DNA from: an uncultured Alphaproteobacteria bacterium
Lineage (GTDB): Bacteria > Pseudomonadota > Alphaproteobacteria > Rhizobiales > Xanthobacteraceae
DNA: 64,000 nt
Reading direction: 5' to 3'
NCBI GenBank assembly: GCA_963742695.1
Contig: CAVUNF010000030.1
Location: 174,580 to 238,579 of the forward strand
Each line of letters starts with the position of its first letter. Within the stretch, counting starts at the first letter, position 1. A model generated the notes under the pieces. The model did not search any database. It had not been told where the DNA came from and saw only the letters and a program-made list of their open reading frames with translations. This document shows positions 39,178-50,964 of the stretch, piece after piece. The translations under genes and the position numbers were made by a program.

Positions 39178-39232
39178 GCGTTGGATATTCCGAGCATGAT
39201 GTGATCCGAAAACCGCCTCACACTTTTCGGCA

Positions 39233-41642
39233 TCATCCGCGCAACGTACCGCCGGTCTTCTTGTTGACCTCGGCCACGATCTTGGCGGCCACCGCGTCGA
39301 TCTCCTGGTCGGTCAGGGTCTTTTCGCGCGGCTGGATCGTCACCGCAATGGCGACGGATTTCCTGCCGTCGTCGATACCCTTGCCCTCGTAGATGTCGAA
39401 CACGGTAACGGCAGTGATCAGCTTCTTGTCGACGCCTTGCGCCGCGCGCACGATATCGCCGGCCTTGACGCCGCGGTCGACGATGAAGGCAAAGTCGCGC
39501 GATACCGGCTGGAACGGCGACAGGTCGAGCACCGGCTTGGCGCGGGTCGGCTTCTGCTTGGCGTCGGGAATGCGATCGAGAATCACCTCGAACGCCATCA
39601 TCGGGCCGTCGGCGCCGAGCGCTTCCAGCGCGCGCGGATGCATTTCGCCGAAATATCCCAGCACGTTTTGCGGGCCGATCTGGATGGTGCCTGACCGTCC
39701 CGGATGCAGCCAGCCTGGGCCGCCGGGCACGATCTGCAGCGCCTGCATCGGCGCGCCTGCGGCCGACAGCACCGCAAAGGCATCGGCCTTGGCGTCCAGC
39801 GCATCCGTTGCCGCCGAACCGGACCAGTGCCGACCGACGCCCTTCGACGACGCGAAACCGTGGCGCACGCCCGACGCGGCAACCAGTTGATCTTCCGGCT
39901 TGTCGCCCTTGAACAGCTGTCCAACTTCGAACAGCGCCACATCAGGAAATCCGCGGTCGCTGTTGGCTTGTGCTGCCGCGATCAGGCCCGGCAGCAGGCT
40001 CGGCCGCATCTCGGAGAGGTCAGATGCGATCGGGTTGGCGAGCGTGAGCTCAGCCTGGCCGCCGCCGAACAGTTCGGCCGCGGGCTTTGCGATGAACGAC
40101 CATGTCACCGCCTCGACCATGCCGCGGGCGGCGAGCGCGCGCTTGGCGCGGCGGGTGCGCAACTGGATCGCGGTGAGAATTGGCTTGCGTGGCGCGTCGC
40201 CGCGTCCGAACGGCGTCATCGGCACCTTGTCGACGCCGACGATGCGAACGATTTCCTCGACGATGTCGGCCTTGCCGGCCACATCCGTGCGCCAGGTGGG
40301 CAATGCGATTTTCACCACCGGGCCGGGGCCCGCCATGATGAAGCCGAGATGGCCGAGGATGCGTTTCATCTCCGGCTGCGGCACTTCGATCCCGGCCAGC
40401 CGCTTGACCTCGGTCGAGCGGGAACTCGATCACGCGGTCTTCGCCGAAGGCGTTGCCGACCACGACGTTTTCCGACGGCGTGCCGCCGCAGATTTCCATC
40501 ACCAGCTTGGTCGCCATCTCGAGCCCCGGCACCATGAAGGCCGGATCGACGCCGCGCTCGAAGCGATAGCGCGCGTCCGAATTGATGCCGAGCTTGCGGC
40601 CGGTCTGGGCGACGTTGATCTCGTTCCACAGCGCCGATTCGATCAGCACGTCAGTGGTATTCTCGTCGCAGCCGGAGGCTTCGCCGCCCATGATGCCGGC
40701 GAGCGATTCGACGCCGTGATCGTCTGATATCACGCAGATCGTGCTGTCGAGCCCGTAGACGCGCCCGTCCAGCGCCAGCAGCGTCTCGCCATCTTGCGCA
40801 CGGCGCACCCTGAGATTGCCCCTCACCTTGGCGGCGTCGAACACATGCAGCGGCCGGGCGCGGTCATAGGTCATGAAGTTGGTGATATCGACCAGCGCGT
40901 TGATCGGCCGCAAGCCGATCGAGGTCAGGCGCTGCTGCAGCCATTCCGGCGAAGGCCCGTTCTTGACCCCGCGCACCAGCCGCAAGGCAAAACCCGGACA
41001 CAGGCTCGCATCCTCGACGGTGACGTTCACCGGGCAGGGGAATTCGCCCTTGATCGGCTTGATCGCCGGGTCCTTGAACTTGCCCATGTCGGCTGCGGCA
41101 AGGTCGCGGGCGATGCCGTGCACCCCGGTGCAATCCTGCCGGTTCGGCGTCAGGTTGATTTCCAGCATGGGATCGCCGAGCCCGGCCCATTGCGCGTAGC
41201 CGGCGCCGAGCGGCGCGTCGGCCGGCAGTTCCATGATGCCGTCGTGATCCTCGGAGAGTTGCAGCTCTGCAGCCGAGCACAGCATGCCGCGGCTCTCGAC
41301 ACCCCGGATAGTGCCGACGCCGAGCGTGATGTTCTTGCCGGGGATGAAGGTGCCGGGCGCCGAGAACACGCTGACGAGCCCGGCGCGCGCATTCGGCGCG
41401 CCGCACACGACCTGCACCGGTGCGCCACCATCGCCGGTGTCGACCATGCAGACCCGCAGGCGGTCGGCGTTGGGATGCTGCTCGGCCGAAATCACCCGCG
41501 CGATGGTGAACGGCGCCAGCGCTTTCGCCTTGTCGTCGATGCTCTCGACCTCGAGCCCGATCATGGTGAGCTTGTCGGCGAGCTTTTCCAGCGGCTCGTC
41601 GGTTTCGAGATGTTCCTTCAGCCAGGAGAGGGTGAATTTCAT
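39233..41642 (-). CDS. pheT: phenylalanyl-tRNA synthetase beta subunit, frameshift near 40410
   Basis: [49 protein letters not shown]. Confidence 0.97.
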
Positions 41643-42055
41643 GATGTCACCCTGTGGTCTGCAAAAACCTCAACCAGACGAAAACGCTCGCACATACACA
41701 TCATGTCTTCGCTGAATTTGCCCTGCCGTCCAAAATACTGCCGATGCGCCTCGCGCCAGTAGGCGAGGCTGCGATCGCCTTCGCCTTCGTCATGGGCAAA
41801 GGCCGCGTCGACCTCGCCAAACCGGCGGTAGGTGACTTCGGTGGTTTCGATCACGCATCGCGGGTTGCCGCGACCGTCGAGCACGATCCAGCGCTCGCCT
41901 GGGCTCGAGGTGTTCGGCTCATCCTCGGTCGAGCAGGTCGCGGTCTTCAGGCCCTTCAGCACGAGTTCGAGCAGCTTGTCGGCAGGCTCTGGGCCATCGC
42001 CGAACGCGAACGAACGCAGGCTTCGATACTGCTCGGGAACGGCGCTCAGGCTCAC
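41639..42055 (-). CDS. ASCH domain protein
   Basis: [40 protein letters not shown]; overlaps pheS stop (GTGA) and pheT start (ATGA). Confidence 0.88.
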   Translation of the reverse strand: MSLSAVPEQYRSLRSFAFGDGPEPADKLLELVLKGLKTATCSTEDEPNTSSPGERWIVLDGRGNPRCVIETTEVTYRRFGEVDAAFAHDEGEGDRSLAYWREAHRQYFGRQGKFSEDMMCMCERFRLVEVFADHRVTS

Positions 42056-43134
42056 GAACTCAATCCTCCCGCCAGCGTCGGGACTTCGAGCGGCTTGAAG
42101 CCGTAATGATTGAGCCAGCGCACGTCGTTCTCGAACATCTGGCGCAGATCGGACATGCCGTATTTCAGCATCGCGATGCGGTCGATGCCCATGCCCCAGG
42201 CAAAGCCCTGATAGACGTCGGGATCGATGCCGCAGGCGCGCAGCACGTTCGGATGCACCATGCCGCAGCCGAGAATCTCCATCCAGTCCTCGCCCTCGCC
42301 GAACCGGATCTCGCCCTTGTCGCGACGGCACTGGATGTCGACCTCGAGCGACGGCTCGGTGAACGGAAAGAACGACGGCCGGAACCGCATGTTGATGTTG
42401 TCGACCTCGAAGAACGCCTTGCAGAACTCGTGCAGGATCCATTTGAGGTGGCCGAGATGCGAACCCTTGTCGATCACGAGGCCTTCGACCTGGTGAAATT
42501 GCGGCGTGTGGGTGGCATCCGAATCGATGCGATAGGTGCGGCCCGGACAGATGATGCGGATCGGTGGCTTCTGCGTCAGCATGGTGCGCACCTGCACCGG
42601 CGAGGTGTGGGTACGCAGCAGCATGCGCGAGCCATCTTCTTTCGGATTGAAGAAGAAGGTGTCGTGCATCTCGCGGGCCGGATGACCCTCGGGGAAATTC
42701 AGTTTGGTGAAGTTGTAGTCGTCGGTCTCGATGTCGGGACCTTCGGCGATCGCAAATCCCATGTCGCCGAAGATCGCCGTCAACTCGTCCATCACCTGGC
42801 TGAGCGGATGGATCCGGCCCGCTTCCGCTGTGGGTTCGCGTACCGGAAGCGTGACGTCGATGGTCTCGGTGGCAAGCCGTGAGTCGAGCGCTGCCGATTT
42901 CAAGAGGTCGCGGCGTGAGGTCAGCGCCTGCGTCACCGTATCCTTGGCGAGGTTGATCGCCGCACCCTGCGTCTTGCGTTCGTCCGGCGACATCTTGCCG
43001 AGCGTCGAGAGCAGCGCCGAGATCGAGCCCTTCTTGCCGAGCGCTGCGACGCGCACCGCTTCCAGCGCGGCCTCGTCGCTTGCGGCGGCGATCTCGCCGA
43101 GGATCTGGGATTCGAGTTGAGCAAGATCGGTCAT
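42052..43134 (-). CDS. pheS: phenylalanyl-tRNA synthetase alpha subunit
   Basis: [40 protein letters not shown]. Confidence 0.98.
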   Translation of the reverse strand: MTDLAQLESQILGEIAAASDEAALEAVRVAALGKKGSISALLSTLGKMSPDERKTQGAAINLAKDTVTQALTSRRDLLKSAALDSRLATETIDVTLPVREPTAEAGRIHPLSQVMDELTAIFGDMGFAIAEGPDIETDDYNFTKLNFPEGHPAREMHDTFFFNPKEDGSRMLLRTHTSPVQVRTMLTQKPPIRIICPGRTYRIDSDATHTPQFHQVEGLVIDKGSHLGHLKWILHEFCKAFFEVDNINMRFRPSFFPFTEPSLEVDIQCRRDKGEIRFGEGEDWMEILGCGMVHPNVLRACGIDPDVYQGFAWGMGIDRIAMLKYGMSDLRQMFENDVRWLNHYGFKPLEVPTLAGGLSS

Positions 43135-43179
43135 GGCAATCCCTTTTCGCTAGGATGCTAAGCCAGTGCTCCTAGCTCC

Positions 43180-43290
43180 GTCATGCCCGGGCTTGTCCCG
43201 GGCATCCACGTCTTAAGGCGCTCAAAGGAAGACGTGGATGGCCGGGACATCTGTGCGAAGACGTGCTTCGCACTTTTGCCCGGCCATGAC
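43180..43290. repeat. REP-like palindromic element, family B, copy 1
   Basis: GTCATGCCCGGGCTTGTCCCGGGCATCCACGTC..GACGTGGATGGCCGGGAC..CCCGGCCATGAC. Confidence 0.8.
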
Positions 43291-43321
43291 GACGTCAAAG
43301 GCGTAAGCGCGAGCGGGCCCG

Positions 43322-43681
43322 TTACGCCGCCAACGCAGCCTTGGCCTTTTCGGCGATCGCCTGGAACGCCGCCGGCTCGTGGATCGCGAGATCCGACAGC
43401 ACCTTGCGGTCGACGGTGATGCCCGACTTGGCAAGGCCGTTGATAAAGACGCTGTAGGTCATGCCGAGCGGACGCACGGCGGCATTGAGACGCTGGATCC
43501 ACAACGCGCGGAAGGTGCGCTTCTTGCGCTTGCGGTCGCGGAACGCGTATTGCGCGGCCTTCTCGACCGCAGCCTTCGCGGTGCGGATGGTGTTCTTGCG
43601 GCGGCCGCGGAAACCCTTGGCGAGCTTGTAGACTTTCTTGTGCTTGGCGTGAGAGGTCACACCGCGTTTAACGCGAGACAT
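43322..43681 (-). CDS. rplT: 50S ribosomal protein L20
   Basis: [27 protein letters not shown]. Confidence 0.98.
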   Translation of the reverse strand: MSRVKRGVTSHAKHKKVYKLAKGFRGRRKNTIRTAKAAVEKAAQYAFRDRKRKKRTFRALWIQRLNAAVRPLGMTYSVFINGLAKSGITVDRKVLSDLAIHEPAAFQAIAEKAKAALAA

Positions 43682-43763
43682 GACTGGTCTCCTTCATATG
43701 AAAAATGGGTGACGGATCGCCGCGCGGACGCGGCTCGGCAAAGTGTGAGATCGCGCTTGGCGA

Positions 43764-43964
43764 TCAGGCGTTGGGCAAGAAATACTTCTTGATGTTATCG
43801 CCGTCGGTCTTGAACAGCACGCGGGTGCCGCGAAGCTGACAAATCTGCTTCTTCGTCCGCTTGATCATGCCGTGGCGCTTGCCGCGCTGGGCGGCCAATA
43901 CTTTGCCGGTGGCAGTCACCTTGAAACGCTTTTTAGCGCCTGACTTGGTCTTCAGCTTGGGCAT
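43764..43964 (-). CDS. rpmI: 50S ribosomal protein L35
   Basis: [21 protein letters not shown]. Confidence 0.97.
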   Translation of the reverse strand: MPKLKTKSGAKKRFKVTATGKVLAAQRGKRHGMIKRTKKQICQLRGTRVLFKTDGDNIKKYFLPNA

Positions 43965-44230
43965 TTGGCTCTCCTGTTGCCGCAACACGAAAGCGCCCGT
44001 GAAGGCGTTCGGCCGGCTAAAATGCTCGTTAGAGCGTTGAAAGTGCATGGTTATTTCTGAAATGAGATAACCGGCACGGACATCGACACGGCAGCCCTTG
44101 ATCAGCCGGGCGATGAAGATGGGGCTTATGGCAGAGCGCGGCCAACTTGGCAACGTTTGAACCAAGGAACCGTAACACTCGACGTATAGGCTATTGCATC
44201 ACCGTCGCTGTCAAAACGCAGGGAAAAACG

Positions 44231-44641
44231 ATGATTTCAGTCCGACCGATCGCTCTTTTCACGAATTTCAGGCCCAGCCTCGCCTTGCGGGGAATGTTTG
44301 TCGCGGCGGCCCTTGCTGCCGTCGCCGTGCCCAGTGTCGCCGACGCCCGGGTCGGCGCCTATGACGGCACCTGGAGTGTCACGTTTACCCCCAAGGTCGG
44401 CAATTGCCATAACTCCAATACCGTCCCTTTCAACGTGTTGGGCACCCGGGTTTCGTCGGCCGGCGGCGGCAAGGTCACCGGAGGCGTCACCGGCAACGGC
44501 GCCGTTTCGGTGCGGATCAGCGTCGGCGCCTCCTGGGCGAACGGCGGCGGCCGGCTCAACGGCAAATCCGGCACCGGGCGCTGGAGCGGCGTCATCACCG
44601 GCGACAAATGCAGTGGCGTTTGGCAGGCCACCCGGGCCTGA
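44231..44641 (+). CDS. exported Gly-rich beta-strand hypothetical protein
   Basis: Signal peptide, YDGTWSV..GNC, GRL.G.SG.GRW..CSGVWQA. Confidence 0.7.
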   Translation: MISVRPIALFTNFRPSLALRGMFVAAALAAVAVPSVADARVGAYDGTWSVTFTPKVGNCHNSNTVPFNVLGTRVSSAGGGKVTGGVTGNGAVSVRISVGASWANGGGRLNGKSGTGRWSGVITGDKCSGVWQATRA

Positions 44642-44681
44642 TAAATCACGCTAGAGAAGTCTTCGCGGTCATTCAGCCAGC

Positions 44682-44718
44682 AAAAAACGGCCCGCCAGAT
44701 GATCTGACGGGCCTTTTT
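44682..44718. terminator. bidirectional intrinsic terminator
   Basis: AAAAAAC-GGCCCGCCAGA-TGA-TCTGACGGGCC-TTTTT between convergent genes. Confidence 0.75.
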
Positions 44719-44757
44719 CGTAACGGCTGATTGCCTGATCGGATGGCTGGCCGCGAA

Positions 44758-45297
44758 TCAGCGCGGCGCCAGCACCATCACCACCTGGCGGCCTTCGAAA
44801 CGAGCGTCCTGCTCGACCTTGGCGATCTCGGCGACGTCGCTTTTGACCTTGTCCAGCAGCTTGGTGCCGATTTCCTGATGCGCCATTTCACGGCCGCGGT
44901 ATCGCAGGGTGACCTTGACCTTGTCGCCCTCCTCGAAGAACCGCTGCATGGCGCGCATCTTCACGTCGTAATCGTGGTCGTCGATCATCGGCCGCAGCTT
45001 GATTTCCTTGATCTCGACGATCTTCTGCTTTTTGCGGGCTTCGGCGGCCTTCTTCTGCGCCGAATATTTGAACTTCCCGTAATCCATGATCTTGCAAACG
45101 GGAGGATTGGTATTCGGCGAAATCTCGACAAGGTCCATGCCGGCTTCCAGCGCCATCTTCACGGCAGCCGCCGTTTCGACCGTGCCATGGTTCAGGCCGG
45201 TCTGATCAATCAGCTGGACCTGTGCGTTGCGGATTTCATCATTGGTGCGCGGCCCGTCTTTGGTGGCAGCGGGCGGGGCTCTATTGGGACGGCGAAT
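44758..45297 (-). CDS. infC: translation initiation factor IF-3 (ATT start)
   Basis: In-frame ATT CGC CGT CCC at 45297 after GGAGAG; [24 protein letters not shown]. Confidence 0.95.
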   Translation of the reverse strand: MRRPNRAPPAATKDGPRTNDEIRNAQVQLIDQTGLNHGTVETAAAVKMALEAGMDLVEISPNTNPPVCKIMDYGKFKYSAQKKAAEARKKQKIVEIKEIKLRPMIDDHDYDVKMRAMQRFFEEGDKVKVTLRYRGREMAHQEIGTKLLDKVKSDVAEIAKVEQDARFEGRQVVMVLAPR

Positions 45298-45568
45298 GGG
45301 TAGCTCTCCAAGGTTGTGAACGAAGGCAACAGTGTGAAGGAAGAAGGCTCAGCGGGCAAGCAAACTCGCAACGCCCCGCGCGAAAACCATCAAATGCGAG
45401 GCTTTTTGGTCACGCTGGCTAACGCGGCCGCGGCAGTATGGTTCAGATCAACGCAAATAGAGGCGCGTGTCGGCGTTCCGCAAGCGCCGCGACCGCGAAG
45501 CTATCGGTATTGGCGTCCGTTGACGGATGGTGTGTGCTCGCTCAAATGGCCGCAAACATGAGTAACCC

Positions 45569-46357
45569 TTGATGACCAATTCCACCGAATCCGGGCCACC
45601 GGCCTTCCTCGAGGTCGGCAACGACAGCGCCCGACGTCGCATCGCGGTGCGCGCCCGCGCCGGCGGCCAGCCCGGACTGTTTTGGCTGAGCGGCTTCAAT
45701 TCGGACATGCAGGGCACCAAGGCGCTGGCGCTGGATGCGTGGGCCGCCGAACAGGGCCGCGCCTGCGTCCGGTTCGATTATTCCGGCCACGGCGAATCCG
45801 GCGGCGCGTTCATCGACGGCACCATCGGGCGCTGGCTGGAAGAGAGCGTGGCGGTGTTCGAGCAGTTCTGCACCGGCCCGCAGGTCGTGATCGGCTCGTC
45901 GATGGGCGGCTGGATGGCGCTGTTGCTGGCGCGCGAAATGGCGCGGCGCCCGGCCAGCCGCGCCTCGCTGGCCGGGCTGGTGCTGATCGCGCCGGCGCCG
46001 GATTTCACCGAAGCGCTGATGTGGAACGGTTTTCCGCCTGAAGTGAAGCAGGAGATCGAGACCAAGGGCGTGTGGCTGCGGCCGTCGCAATATGGCGAGC
46101 CCTATCCGATCACCCGCGCGCTGATCGAAGAGGGGCGGCATCACCTGTTGCTCGGCAGCGCCATCGATGTCGGCTGCCCGGTTCGCATCCTGCAGGGCGC
46201 GCAGGATCCCGACGTGCCGTGGCAGCATGCCTTCGCGCTGGCGCACCGGCTGCCCAAGGACGACGTGGTGCTGACCATGATCCAGGACGGCGACCACCGG
46301 CTGTCGCGGCCGCAGGATATCGCGCGGATCATCGCAGGCGTCGCCGAGATCGGTTAG
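45569..46357 (+). CDS. alpha/beta hydrolase
   Basis: SDMQGTKA, RFDYSGHG, GSSMGG, DGDHRLS. Confidence 0.9.
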   Translation: MMTNSTESGPPAFLEVGNDSARRRIAVRARAGGQPGLFWLSGFNSDMQGTKALALDAWAAEQGRACVRFDYSGHGESGGAFIDGTIGRWLEESVAVFEQFCTGPQVVIGSSMGGWMALLLAREMARRPASRASLAGLVLIAPAPDFTEALMWNGFPPEVKQEIETKGVWLRPSQYGEPYPITRALIEEGRHHLLLGSAIDVGCPVRILQGAQDPDVPWQHAFALAHRLPKDDVVLTMIQDGDHRLSRPQDIARIIAGVAEIG

Positions 46358-46379
46358 ACTGTCTTCAGGGAGAAACGCC

Positions 46380-46847
46380 ATGAACACATCAGCGATGCTC
46401 AAATCGTTCTGCGACGCCGTCGAGCAACACAACGGCAAGGCGTTGGCAGAGCTGTTTACCGAGGACGGCGTCTATCACGACATCTTCTATGGTGCATTCA
46501 AGGGCCGCGCCAAAGTCGCTGAACTGATCGACGACTGGTTCTATCGCACGGCAACCGATTTCCGTTGGGACATGCATGCGCCCGTCAGCGACGGCGAGAC
46601 GCTCTACGCGCGCTATACCTTCAGCTATCGCTCGTTGCTGCCCGAAGCCAAGGGCGCGCGCGTGATGTTCGAAGGCGTCGCCATCATGACGCTGCGCGAC
46701 GGCAAGATCGCGGAGTACCACGAGGTCGCCAACACCGCGCCGGCCTTTGTCGACATGAATTTCGCACCGGAGCGGATTGCGAAAATCGTTGCAAAGCAGG
46801 GCGCGGCGCTGAAGGCGCGGCCGGAGATGGCGCGGCATTTGGCGTGA
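46380..46847 (+). CDS. SnoaL-like/NTF2 family protein
   Basis: LFTEDGVYHD, DGKIAEYHE. Confidence 0.8.
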   Translation: MNTSAMLKSFCDAVEQHNGKALAELFTEDGVYHDIFYGAFKGRAKVAELIDDWFYRTATDFRWDMHAPVSDGETLYARYTFSYRSLLPEAKGARVMFEGVAIMTLRDGKIAEYHEVANTAPAFVDMNFAPERIAKIVAKQGAALKARPEMARHLA

Positions 46848-46859
46848 CGAAAACGAGTT

Positions 46860-46957
46860 GTCATTCCGGGGCATGCGAAGCATGAACCTCAGATGTGCAA
46901 TTGCACATCGGGAATCTCGAGATTCCGGGTTCGTCGCTCCGCGCGCCCCGGAATGAC
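46860..46957. repeat. REP-like palindromic element, family C
   Basis: GTCATTCCGGGGC ... GCCCCGGAATGAC with internal GATGTGCAATTGCACATC palindrome. Confidence 0.75.
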
Positions 46958-46965
46958 GAGGAGAA

Positions 46966-47764
46966 TTACGGCGGCGGCGGTTTCGCCATCGGCTTCTTCT
47001 GCGCCAGAGCGGCGACGGTGGACGTGCCGATCGGGCCCTGCTCGTCATAGAGCCAGCATTCGCCGATCGCGACGCCGTCGCTGGCGTGGTGGTTCACCAC
47101 CTCGAAACCGATCCACCGCGTCACCGGCAGCCGGTGCAGATACAGCGTGACGTCGCTGTTGATGTAGCCGAGGCCCTGGTCGCCGGCATTGGCGAACGGG
47201 CTCGCAAAATCCGCGCCGGTGGCGACATGGACGAACGGCGACATCGGCACGCCTTCGACGAGCTCGCGCACCTCGCTCATCCACAGCCGCCGCGGCCCGA
47301 GCGAGCCCATGTGGCCTGCGATCGGGCGCGTGGTCCATTTGCCGTTCATGCCGAGCCGCGGATCGGTCGGCGCGGGAATATCCGACGGCAGCGGCGCGTC
47401 CCAGTTCGGCGGCGACCAGATATTGCCCGCCGGGTTTTCGGTTCGGCGCAGCAACTGGCAGGACGCGCGCGCCATGCTGGTGCCGCCGCTGATGAACTCG
47501 GCTTCGACCACCTTGATACGCTGGCCGTCGCGAACGAGTTTGGTCGCAACCTCGACCGGTGTGTTGATGTTCGGCAGCCGAAACATGTCGACCGTCAGCC
47601 GCGCCGGCATGAAATCGTCGGAGCCGTGGCGCTGCTCGATCGCGAAGGCGAGCAGGCCGATGACGACGCGGCCGTGCATCGAGTTGGGATCCCACGGCCC
47701 GTTCGACGCCAGGGTGGGAATGAAAGCGTCGCCGATCTCTGGTGAAAAAAGGCTGATTTGTCAT
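46966..47764 (-). CDS. thioesterase-family (double hotdog) protein, frameshift near start
   Basis: GPWDPNSMHG, RLTVDMFR, ADFASP, YINSDVTLYLHRLP, LYDEQGPIG. Confidence 0.8.
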
Positions 47765-47836
47765 GGCGCGCGACCATGACGGAATTTGCGGCGTGAAATC
47801 AAGGGTGGGCGGTGCAGAGCATCAAAAACGGAATTC

Positions 47837-47920
47837 GTCATGGCCGGGCTCGTCCCGGCCATCCACGTCTTGCTTTGTGTCCCCCAAGACGTGGATGCCC
47901 GGCACAAGGCCGGGCATGAC
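47837..47920. repeat. REP-like palindromic element, family B, copy 2
   Basis: GTCATGGCCGGGCTCGTCCCGGCCATCCACGTC..GACGTGGATGCCCGGCACAAGGCCGGGCATGAC. Confidence 0.8.
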
Positions 47921-47938
47921 GAACTCTAACTTCAGGAC

Positions 47939-49051
47939 TCAGCGCTGCCACTCCGCGCGCACGGCCTCATCAGGCTCGGCGCTCACGGCCCTCGCCGCCA
48001 GCGCCTCAAACTGCTCCCGCCGCATCAACTGCGACAGCGCCCATGCCGCGGCACCCCGCACCAGCGGGCTTTGATCATCCAGCAGCCGTTCAGCCTCGAC
48101 GGCCAGCGCTGACTCACCGGAGTTGCCGATCGCGATCAGCACATTGCGCACGAAACGGTCGCGGCCGATGCGTTTGACAGGCGACTTTGTAAATCGCGCG
48201 CGGAACGCGGCGTCGTCAAGCCGCGCGAGATCGGCGAGGTCAGGCGCGCGCAATTCATCGCGCGCGGCGAGCTTTATCTCGCGCCCGGTCTGCGCGAACT
48301 TGTTCCACGGGCAAACGGCGAGGCAATCGTCGCAGCCATAGATGCGGTTGCCGATGGCTTTGCGAAACTCGTGCGGGATCGGGCCCTTGTTCTCGATGGT
48401 GAGATAGGAAATGCAGCGCCGCGCATCGAGCTTGTAGGGCGCGGGGAACGCGGAGGTCGGGCAGATATCGAGGCAGGCCTGGCACGAGCCGCAATGATCG
48501 ACCTCGGCGTCGTCGCGCGGCAGATCCAGCGTCGTAAAGATCGCGCCGAGAAACAGCCAGGAGCCGAACTCGCGCGAGACGAGGTTGGTGTGCTTGCCCT
48601 GCCAGCCGAGGCTAGCCGCCTGCGCCAGCGGCTTTTCCATGACGGCGGCGGTATCGACGAACACCTTGACCTCGGCGCCTGACGCGGTGACCAGCCATCG
48701 CGCCAGCGCCTTCAGCCGCTTCTTGATCACCTCATGGTAATCGTCGCCCTGCGCATAAACCGAGATCGCGCCGCGGCTGCGCTGATCGAGTATGTCGAGC
48801 GGATTCTGGTCGGGCCCGTAATTGACGCCGAGCATGATCACCGAACGCACGTCAGACCACAGCACGCGCGGATCGGCGCGGCGTTCCGGGCCGGCGGCGA
48901 GCCAGTCCATGTCGCCATGCGCGCCTGCGTCGAGGAATTCGCGGAAATGTTTTGCGGCTTCCGTGGTCGCAGCCGGGTCGGTGACGCCGATGCAATCGAA
49001 TCCGAGCGCGCGCGCTTCGTGGCTGAGCGCTTGCTTGAGAGCGGCGGTCAC
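47939..49051 (-). CDS. queG: epoxyqueuosine reductase
   Basis: [52 protein letters not shown]. Confidence 0.95.
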   Translation of the reverse strand: MTAALKQALSHEARALGFDCIGVTDPAATTEAAKHFREFLDAGAHGDMDWLAAGPERRADPRVLWSDVRSVIMLGVNYGPDQNPLDILDQRSRGAISVYAQGDDYHEVIKKRLKALARWLVTASGAEVKVFVDTAAVMEKPLAQAASLGWQGKHTNLVSREFGSWLFLGAIFTTLDLPRDDAEVDHCGSCQACLDICPTSAFPAPYKLDARRCISYLTIENKGPIPHEFRKAIGNRIYGCDDCLAVCPWNKFAQTGREIKLAARDELRAPDLADLARLDDAAFRARFTKSPVKRIGRDRFVRNVLIAIGNSGESALAVEAERLLDDQSPLVRGAAAWALSQLMRREQFEALAARAVSAEPDEAVRAEWQR

Positions 49052-49161
49052 TGGATACCTCGCCAGAGGCCGCCGCTATCTTTGCATGGGCTCGTTTTCG
49101 ATATTTTTGCTGCGCGCCACTTTTGAGATGCGCTGCATCCGCGAACCGATGCCGATCGTAA

Positions 49162-49854
49162 TCAGAAGTCGAGGTCCACATAGGTGGGCGACGCCGGCAC
49201 GCCGGCCAGCCATTCGCTCAGCAGCGAGCGGAACGAGGGCCTGGATTTCACCCGCGCGTACCACGCCTTGGCTGCCTCGTCCTCGATCCATGGCACGTCG
49301 CCCAGATAATCGATCGCCGAGATGTGCGCCGCGGCGGCCAGATCCGCATAGGTCAGCCGGTCGCCGGCGAGATAATTTCGCGTCTTCGCCAGCCAGCCGA
49401 TATAGGCCAGGTGATGCCGCACATTGGCCTTGGCCGCGCGGATCACATCCGCCGCCGGCGCGCCGCCGCCATCCTCCTCGTTCATGAAGCGCTTGTAGAT
49501 GCGCTCGGTGACCAGCGGGTTGGAGGCTTCCTCGAAGAACTTGTCGTTGAACCACGCCATCAGCCGGCGCACTTCGATGCGCTCGCCGATCGCCGTCGGC
49601 AGCAGCCGGCGTTCATCCATGTCGGCGCCATGAGTCTCATCGAGATATTCGGCGATGATGCCGGCGCCGGGAATCGGAGGCCGGCCCTCGGCGATCAGCA
49701 CCGGGGTGGCGGCCGCGGGGTTCAAGGCCAGAAACGCCTCGCGGCGTTCCCAAACCCGCTCTTCCACCAGCCGCAGATCGAGGCCGTGCTCGCCCAATGC
49801 GAGGCGAATGAAGCGCGATTGCGGACAGAATGGATGGTGAAACAGCGTGTACAT
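49162..49854 (-). CDS. glutathione S-transferase family protein (FzlA-like)
   Basis: CPQSRFIRL, LNPAAATPVL, ADLAAAAH..DYLGDVPW, KSRPSFR. Confidence 0.88.
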   Translation of the reverse strand: MYTLFHHPFCPQSRFIRLALGEHGLDLRLVEERVWERREAFLALNPAAATPVLIAEGRPPIPGAGIIAEYLDETHGADMDERRLLPTAIGERIEVRRLMAWFNDKFFEEASNPLVTERIYKRFMNEEDGGGAPAADVIRAAKANVRHHLAYIGWLAKTRNYLAGDRLTYADLAAAAHISAIDYLGDVPWIEDEAAKAWYARVKSRPSFRSLLSEWLAGVPASPTYVDLDF

Positions 49855-50038
49855 GAATTCCCTGGTAATTTCGCCGCGCTTAACAAACCCTCAACCGCGC
49901 GACTCGGCGTCAAACTACCTAAGCACACGAATGAGGCAACCGCTGTTTTAGCGCTTTTGGCGTTGCGGCAGGGAGGCGAATAAGCGAGAAGAACCCGGCT
50001 TTTTTGGCGCATATCGATCACAACGGACGGACCGGACC

Positions 50039-50845
50039 ATGATGTCTGATGCAGTGAGGGCGGTGATACTCGGCATCATCGAAGGCGTCACGGAGTTCGT
50101 TCCGGTGTCTTCGACCGGACATCTGTTGCTGGCGGAACGGTTCTTCGATCTCGGCGAGGGCCCTTTCTGGGACAGTTTTGCGGTGCTGATTCAGCTCGGG
50201 GCGATTCTCGCGATTGTCGCCCTCTATTTTGCCAAATTGTGGCGGATCGCGCTCGGCATGTTCAGCGATCCCGACGCGCGGCGATTCGTGATCGGGGTGC
50301 TGGTGGCGTTTTTGCCCGCGGCTGTGATCGGCGCCGTCGCCGGCGGCTACATCAAGCTGTTCCTGTTCAATCCGTGGGTGATTTGTTTTTCGCTGATCGT
50401 CGGCGGTGCGATTCTGCTCTGGGTCGATCAGCTCGATCTCGAACCGCACCACCACGATGCCACGACATTTCCATTGCCGATGTATCTCGCGATCGGATTC
50501 GCGCAATGCGTGGCGATGGTTCCGGGGGTGTCGCGCTCGGGCGCCAGCATCGTCGGCGCGATGCTGCTCGGCGCCGACAAGCGCGCGGCGGCGGAGTTTT
50601 CGTTCTTCCTGGCGATCCCGACCATGATCGGCGCGTTCGCCTACGACCTCTACAAGAGCCGCGCCGACATGACGGTCGACCACGCCGGCATCATCGCGAT
50701 CGGATTCGCGGTGTCGTTCATCACCGCGATGATCGTGGTGAAGACCTTCCTGAGCTACGTCACCCGCCACGGTTTTGGGCTGTTCGCGTGGTGGCGCGTC
50801 ATCGTCGGCACGCTCGGCCTGATCGCGCTGGCGATGGGGAAGTAA
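50039..50845 (+). CDS. uppP: undecaprenyl-diphosphatase
   Basis: [41 protein letters not shown]. Confidence 0.96.
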   Translation: MMSDAVRAVILGIIEGVTEFVPVSSTGHLLLAERFFDLGEGPFWDSFAVLIQLGAILAIVALYFAKLWRIALGMFSDPDARRFVIGVLVAFLPAAVIGAVAGGYIKLFLFNPWVICFSLIVGGAILLWVDQLDLEPHHHDATTFPLPMYLAIGFAQCVAMVPGVSRSGASIVGAMLLGADKRAAAEFSFFLAIPTMIGAFAYDLYKSRADMTVDHAGIIAIGFAVSFITAMIVVKTFLSYVTRHGFGLFAWWRVIVGTLGLIALAMGK

Positions 50846-50856
50846 AGACAATGAAT

Positions 50857-50952
50857 CCTCATGGTGAGGAGGCGCTCTTGCGCCGTCTCGAACCATGAGC
50901 ACGCGTGGCCATCCTTCGAGACGCGGCCAAGTGGCCGCTCCTCAGGATGAGG
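50857..50952. repeat. REP-like palindromic element, family A, copy 2
   Basis: CCTCATGGTGAGGAG..CGTCTCGAACCATG..CATCCTTCGAGACG..CTCCTCAGGATGAGG. Confidence 0.8.
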
Positions 50953-50964
50953 GCAATTCCGCCT

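Noticed and set aside
45295-45297. ATT start codon of infC as a novelty
   Set aside because: A well-known autoregulatory feature of infC.
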